Source: an uncultured Acidobacteriaceae bacterium
Lineage (GTDB): Bacteria > Acidobacteriota > Terriglobia > Terriglobales > Acidobacteriaceae
Length of the DNA stretch: 64,000 nucleotides
Assembly: GCA_963835355.1 (NCBI GenBank)
Contig: CAWIFE010000011.1
Coordinates: 70,848-134,847, forward strand
Direction: 5' to 3'
Shown: piece by piece, positions 59,229 to 64,000 of the stretch
Layout of the letters: every line of letters begins with the position of its first letter
Numbering within the stretch: position 1 is the stretch's first letter
Position numbers and translations under genes: made by a program
The notes under the pieces: generated by a model
The model's input: the letters and a program-made list of their open reading frames with translations, nothing else
The model's database searches: none
Told to the model about the DNA's origin: nothing

Positions 59229-59244
59229 TGTGACAAGGTTCACT
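59229..59244. promoter_or_regulatory. CRP/FNR- or Rex-like palindromic site upstream of the mutase operon
   Basis: TGTGA-CAAGGT-TCACT, ~107 bp upstream of the carboxyltransferase ATG. Confidence 0.35.
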
Positions 59245-59444
59245 CTTCTTGACCTTCAGTAAAGTCGCAAATCTCCACTGTTTTTGGCTCGTTAGACGCA
59301 GCCATCGTTGTCTTCGAACGAAGCTTTTTGATCGACAGGAAAGCGGCCGGCAGGGCCGGTGTCTCAGGCCGGTATGTGCGATTAACTATAATGTATTCAG
59401 TTGTTTACTTGGATAGACAGTGTGCCTCACCGGCGGCGGCCGGC

Positions 59445-60752
59445 CTACGAGAACCGCGTCCTTCTCCACAGCAGTGTCCCGCACAGGCCCAGCGGAATAA
59501 TCGTGCCCACAATCAGCACGATCATCCACGGCAGGTTCACGTAGATGTGCTGTGCGCGCGTGCCCACTGCGAGCCACACAAAGACGCCGCTCGCAACCGT
59601 GACAATCAGAATCTCCCACCAGCGGCGCGGGTGCTTATTGTCGGCCAGCGGATCGTTGCCGGCCACCACGGCGGCTACGTTCTCCTTGTCTAATCCATAG
59701 CGGTCGCACTCGCGGTGCATCGCCGCGTTCCAGTTCGTCATCTCTCCGGGCGGCGGCGCGGCCATGCTGATCGAAACGGCGCCCGCAATCATGATGATCG
59801 ATCCGGTCAGGATCAGAAGTTTACTGCCAGTCGTCAGTCCCACAAACTCGCCGAACACCAGCGCACCCCACGCCAATCCCCAAAGCTGATTGGTGTTCGA
59901 CAGCGGAATCCCTCGTCCGATCCCGATATACTTCGCTGCATAATTCTGAAACAGGTCGCCGATCACCCAGCAGAATCCGCCCACAAACGGCCAGAACAGC
60001 ATCGGACGCGCGCGATTGAGTTCGGCCAGCAGCGGCCCCGTGCCGCCATAAAAAATCCAACCGAGCAGAAACACCGTTCCCAATTCGCCAAAGGTGAAAA
60101 TCGTCACGAACGACAGCGGATTCATGCCGCTGATGTACGCCTTGCGGTAAGGAATGTACATCGTGCCCAGCAAAACTCCAGCGCCCAACGCGGCAATGAT
60201 GCCGATAGCCGCCTTGCCCGGTGTCCCCGCATTCTGCTGCGCCGTAGCCACAGCCAGCACCGCCGCGCCGCTCACAATCGCCCCAGCGCCGCCAATCACC
60301 TTGGCCCAGTCCTTCGCCCGCGATCCGCGCAGTTCCTTGAACAGCAAACAGCCCCAGAAAAGCCCCACCAGGCTATTCGTATTCCACAGCGGAAACGCAA
60401 TCGCCAAACCCACGTTGCGCACCGCGAAAATCGTCAGCGTATTCGCCACCGCCCACAGCATTCCGCCCACCAGCGCCCACACCATCAGGTGCGGCTTTTC
60501 GCGCAGGTCGTCGAAGACGAATCCCGTCCCTTTGAGCATCGTGGGAATCGTCCACCGCGCCACAAACGCGCCCATCACCATCCCCATCGAAATCAGGAAC
60601 GGTGAAAATCCTTCGTTCACCAGCTTCGTCGGCGCTTCCGCGCTTCCCAGCCATACCGCCGCCGAAAGCCCGCAGAACACACCCAGCTTGTGCAATGAAA
60701 TTGTGGACCGCGACGCCGAATGTCGCCCCGCGGCGGTCGTCCCCTCGCTCAT
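59445..60752 (-). CDS. DMT-superfamily (GRP/ureide permease-like) sugar transporter
   Basis: Ten or more TM helices; GLAIAFPLWNTN and GIGRGIPLSNTNQLWG internal duplication. Confidence 0.8.
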   Translation of the reverse strand: MSEGTTAAGRHSASRSTISLHKLGVFCGLSAAVWLGSAEAPTKLVNEGFSPFLISMGMVMGAFVARWTIPTMLKGTGFVFDDLREKPHLMVWALVGGMLWAVANTLTIFAVRNVGLAIAFPLWNTNSLVGLFWGCLLFKELRGSRAKDWAKVIGGAGAIVSGAAVLAVATAQQNAGTPGKAAIGIIAALGAGVLLGTMYIPYRKAYISGMNPLSFVTIFTFGELGTVFLLGWIFYGGTGPLLAELNRARPMLFWPFVGGFCWVIGDLFQNYAAKYIGIGRGIPLSNTNQLWGLAWGALVFGEFVGLTTGSKLLILTGSIIMIAGAVSISMAAPPPGEMTNWNAAMHRECDRYGLDKENVAAVVAGNDPLADNKHPRRWWEILIVTVASGVFVWLAVGTRAQHIYVNLPWMIVLIVGTIIPLGLCGTLLWRRTRFS

Positions 60753-60756
60753 CCCT

Positions 60757-60858
60757 TCACCTCAACGTCATCAGCAGCGTGGTTCCCAGAATGAGCACAG
60801 CAACAGGCACCCAAAGGTGCACGTCGGTCAGAATGGCGACTAGATTTGATCTCCTCAC
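60757..60858 (-). CDS. Small (33 aa) hydrophobic peptide
   Basis: MRRSNLVAILTDVHLWVPVAVLILGTTLLMTLR; stop lies 4 nt before the transporter ATG. Confidence 0.45.
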   Translation of the reverse strand: MRRSNLVAILTDVHLWVPVAVLILGTTLLMTLR

Positions 60859-60945
60859 GCGGGGTCCTTCCTCGTCCTGGCCATCCAGGCGGTGGTTCTC
60901 TCCTTGCCAATCTCCTTTGCCGCAAAGGCCACGCTTCCGCAAAAC

Positions 60946-60979
60946 AAGCTAGAAGCTAGGGGCTAGAGGCTAGAAGCTG
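60946..60979 (+). repeat. Heptamer tandem repeat overlapping the iolG stop
   Basis: aagctag-aagctag-gggctag-aggctag-aagctg. Confidence 0.7.
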
Positions 60980-61986
60980 TCTAAACGCACCGGCCTGTGT
61001 TCGTCAAACGATTTCTTCGCCGCCAGCGCCATCACCACGGGCACGCGCCCATCCGCGCCCGTAACCGGCGTCGGCTTGTTTTCGATCACCGCCTGCACAA
61101 ACTCCGCGACCTCCAGCGCAAAGCTCTCCGGATAGCGGTCCATGAAGAACTCCAGCGGCCGGTCACTGTAAATCGACTCGCCGGTGCTGACCACAACCTC
61201 GTTCGGGAATCGATTCTCGCTCGCGATCTTGCCTTTGGTTCCCAGAATCTCCACGCGCTGGTCGTAACCGAACACCGCCTTGCGGCTGTTGTCGATCGTG
61301 CCGATCGTTCCGTTCTTGAAACGCAACACCACCACCGCCATATCCAGGTCGCCCGCCTCGCCGATCTCGGGTTCAGCAATCACGCCTCCCGTGGTGTAAA
61401 TCTCCTCCACTTCGTCGCCGATCAAAAATCGCGCCATGTCGAAGTCGTGAATCATCATGTCCAGGAAAATCCCGCCCGACGACTTGATGTACCCGATCGA
61501 CGGCGGCGCGGGATCGCGGCTGATGATGTGCATCAGGCACGGCTGGCCAATCTCACCTTTTGCCACCGCCTGCCGCACGCGCCTGAAATTCGAGTCGAAC
61601 CGCCGGTTGAAACCAATCTGCAATTTCACGCCGGCCTTCGCCACCGCCGCCAGCGCCATATCGATCTTGTCCAGGCTGAATGCGATCGGCTTCTCGCAGA
61701 AAATCTGCTTCCCGGCCGCCGCCGCCTGCACAATCAGATCCGCATGAGTGCCCGTCGGAGTGCAGATCAGGACCGCCTCCACTTTCGGGTCGCCAATCAC
61801 TTCCTCGGCCGTCGCAACCACCTTGGGAATGCCGCACCGCGCCGCCAACGTCCCCGCCGCCTCGCGATTCACATCGGCGATCGAAACGATCTCCGCTTCC
61901 GGCAAGCGAAACGCCAGCGTCTCCGCGTGAACTTTCCCAATCCGCCCTGCCCCGATAATTCCGAAATGCAGTTTCTTTCCGCTCAT
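60970..61986 (-). CDS. iolG: Inositol 2-dehydrogenase (Gfo/Idh/MocA)
   Basis: GIIGAGRIG, FCEKP, IGFNRRFD, SRDP, DMMIHDFD and YDQRVE. Confidence 0.92.
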   Translation of the reverse strand: MSGKKLHFGIIGAGRIGKVHAETLAFRLPEAEIVSIADVNREAAGTLAARCGIPKVVATAEEVIGDPKVEAVLICTPTGTHADLIVQAAAAGKQIFCEKPIAFSLDKIDMALAAVAKAGVKLQIGFNRRFDSNFRRVRQAVAKGEIGQPCLMHIISRDPAPPSIGYIKSSGGIFLDMMIHDFDMARFLIGDEVEEIYTTGGVIAEPEIGEAGDLDMAVVVLRFKNGTIGTIDNSRKAVFGYDQRVEILGTKGKIASENRFPNEVVVSTGESIYSDRPLEFFMDRYPESFALEVAEFVQAVIENKPTPVTGADGRVPVVMALAAKKSFDEHRPVRLDSF

Positions 61987-62031
61987 TCTGTCCTCAAAAA
62001 TGCGATTCGTATTTCATCTCAAGTGTTCGCA

Positions 62032-62089
62032 ACTTAAAATCCGCAGACCTTAACCAGTCGTGGGGGTTCAAGTCCCCCTCCGGGCACCA
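62032..62089 (+). pseudogene. 3' half of tRNA-Leu(TAA), att-site-like remnant
   Basis: ACTTAAAATCCGC, long variable arm, GGGGGTTCAAGTCCCCC T-arm and TCCGGGCACCA end. No matching 5' acceptor strand (GCCCGGA) or D-arm upstream. Confidence 0.8.
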
Positions 62090-62250
62090 GATTGTGAATC
62101 GGCTTGGGGTTGTGTTGACCGCACGCATGTATCAAGATGCTCCTGGCTTTACCCTTGTCGCTACAAACTTGTTTATGAACACGATTCGGCGGCAGTCTTC
62201 AAATCGCAGGGTAAGCAAATCCCTCGTGCAGGTTTCTTAAACGTGCACAA

Positions 62251-64000
62251 TCAGTACCGCGCGTGATTGCCATCGCCCGATATTGCCAACGTAGGCCGTC
62301 GTTTCCCCGCGTCCGTCAAAGGTTTCAGCCCGATTCGGTCTCCTGTCCGAGCACCTTTCCTTTCGGCGGAGCGTGCCGCCGGAAAGGGCGTTGATGCAGC
62401 GGCAGGAATCGCAAGACTGCTGAGATCGACGAACGTGACCCCTGCCGCGGTGAGATAGCCAAGTACCCCAGCGGATGCGCCAAGAAACATCGGGTCGTAT
62501 GCGCTGGCTAGCATTCCTGGCACTTGTACCCGGTAAAGCAGGCGGCCCGTGTTGCGCTCGATCAAGTCCACTCCATTCGTCAGCGGTTGGTAAAGAATGC
62601 TTCCGTCCTGGTTCAGTTTCTGTCCATAGGTTGCGGTGGGCAGCCATGTCTCCCAATCGACGTAGGCAGTAACATTTTCCACTTGAAGTGAACCGTCCGT
62701 GAGGTACCCATTGATGGAGATTGTACTTCCATCGGTCGATATTGCACCATCAGCGGTTTGAAAGCCTTGACTTATCGCAGAATCTGGATTGATGGTGTCC
62801 GTTGCTGTGTCAATCCAGTACACAGATCCTGCAATGTTCACGAAGACAGTCGACTGATCCGGGCTCAGCAGCACCCGACCGCCATTAAGTTCCGCGGTGC
62901 CTACGCTGCCTATCTGAAAATCGGTAAACTGTCCGGTAGTGAGGTCCAGCTTGTGAAAGCTTGCCGAACCGGCCACCTGGTTCAAAATGTCCACGGCGAC
63001 AAAGAAGATGCTCTTGTGGTCGAGAACGGCAAGCGAGACTGGAGGGGAAGGGTAAGAGCCGTTGGCAGGCGACGGCACCGGGTAACGCACTGCTGAACCG
63101 GGATTGTCGGGATCGAGGACATAGATCGCCTGGCCGCCATTATCCGCAACCGCGAGCATCGAGCCGTCCGGTGACTCGGCAATTCCGATCAATTGGGAAG
63201 TGTTAGCGATTCCAGGAAGAGTGATTGGCGTTTGCCACGTTCCGCTTTCCGGTGAGAACACCTGGATCTTCGCTGTGTCCGTAAAGAAATACAGGTTCCT
63301 GTGTGGGTCGTAGATGCCCTGCTGCAATTTGGCACTGACAGGATAGGAAACGGCCTTGGGCGTGTAGGTGAACGTTCCTGTCGTGGTCCCGGACGGCGAC
63401 GTAATCGAAATGGTCGTCACCCCGGCAACCCCGGCGGGAATCGTGAAGGTCAGAGCCTCTACGGGAAATGGATAAGGGTTGATCGGAGCGTAGTCGTATA
63501 AATTCTGGATCGGTGCTGATTGCCCGCCCACGCTCACCTGGATTGCGGACGCCGAACTCCCGAACCCATATCCGATCACAGCTCCTTGTTGCCCGCCATC
63601 AGCCGTGGCAGCATTCGGAACCGCTTCGAGAATCGTTGGCCCGTAGCTGTAGCCCTCGGGGGCGGTAATAACGGCTCCATCGTTAAACATCGCGGTCAGG
63701 TCGACGGGCATATCGGAGCTGGCAGCAGGGGTGTTCAAGCTCACTGGGTCATCGGCAATCGTTGCTCCTGAGATTGGGGAGTTTCCTACATAGAATTTCG
63801 AGATCGTAGCGTTGAAGGACGATCCGGCGGAGTATGGATCGGAGATGGCAGTATTGCCAGAGACCGGACCGGTGTCTGGAGAAGGAATTGCCATTGCCAC
63901 GCTTTCCGTCACGGTTGTGGACTCGGGTGCTGCGGTATCTGCAAAAGCGACGCCGTGGCCGATGGGGCCGATGATGAGTCCCGTATTGTCGATCGCTGAG
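62251..64000 (-). CDS. C-terminal part of a large secreted IPT/TIG + beta-propeller protein (partial, lower GC)
   Basis: The frame stays open to the window end; IPT-like GYGFG...VSVGGQSA...TIPAG; propeller-like YDPHRNLYF, IAESPDG and LSPDQS. Confidence 0.75.
   Translation of the reverse strand, partial: SAIDNTGLIIGPIGHGVAFADTAAPESTTVTESVAMAIPSPDTGPVSGNTAISDPYSAGSSFNATISKFYVGNSPISGATIADDPVSLNTPAASSDMPVDLTAMFNDGAVITAPEGYSYGPTILEAVPNAATADGGQQGAVIGYGFGSSASAIQVSVGGQSAPIQNLYDYAPINPYPFPVEALTFTIPAGVAGVTTISITSPSGTTTGTFTYTPKAVSYPVSAKLQQGIYDPHRNLYFFTDTAKIQVFSPESGTWQTPITLPGIANTSQLIGIAESPDGSMLAVADNGGQAIYVLDPDNPGSAVRYPVPSPANGSYPSPPVSLAVLDHKSIFFVAVDILNQVAGSASFHKLDLTTGQFTDFQIGSVGTAELNGGRVLLSPDQSTVFVNIAGSVYWIDTATDTINPDSAISQGFQTADGAISTDGSTISINGYLTDGSLQVENVTAYVDWETWLPTATYGQKLNQDGSILYQPLTNGVDLIERNTGRLLYRVQVPGMLASAYDPMFLGASAGVLGYLTAAGVTFVDLSSLAIPAAASTPFPAARSAERKGARTGDRIGLKPLTDAGKRRPTLAISGDGNHARY

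Noticed and set aside
59385-59410. Plus-strand TATAAT suggesting an antisense sRNA promoter
   Set aside because: No convincing -35 element or terminator; the AT-rich patch can equally belong to the minus-strand mutase operon promoter.
62032-62089. Intact or group I intron-split tRNA-Leu(UAA)
   Set aside because: No 5' half nearby. The anticodon loop is contiguous rather than split after U34, and there is no room for an intron before iolG.

Overview
GC-rich bacterial chromosomal window. Gene families and repeats suggest Acidobacteriaceae/Terriglobia (inference). Core and metabolic genes: rpmE, dusB, ribH-nusB, mnmA-iscS, rfbD, a DnaC-like loader, a methylmalonyl-CoA mutase/epimerase/carboxyltransferase operon and iolG. 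Also present: a Doc-type toxin-antitoxin pair, an imuA-imuB-dnaE2 SOS mutagenesis cassette with a LexA-like box, and several secreted beta-rich proteins. Main candidates for a second look: (1) an orphan phage packaging/fibre module with no integrase, portal or capsid in view, made of an intact large terminase, a ~2,520-aa signal-peptide-bearing tailspike-like protein with an AT-richer internal module, and a possible small terminase, all upstream of imuABC; (2) a coupled HEPN-like + PD-(D/E)XK-like gene pair between rpmE and dusB; (3) a dense population of GTAG/GGTG/TGTC-tagged REP-like hairpins and 7-9-nt tandem repeats that sit in frame inside proteins, nest in each other and mostly share one strand orientation; (4) an orphan tRNA-Leu(TAA) 3' half resembling an att site. 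Five +1 frameshifts in four otherwise intact genes are probably consensus errors. No CRISPR array, intact tRNA/rRNA, integrase or transposase was seen. All family assignments are by motif recognition; no searches were run.
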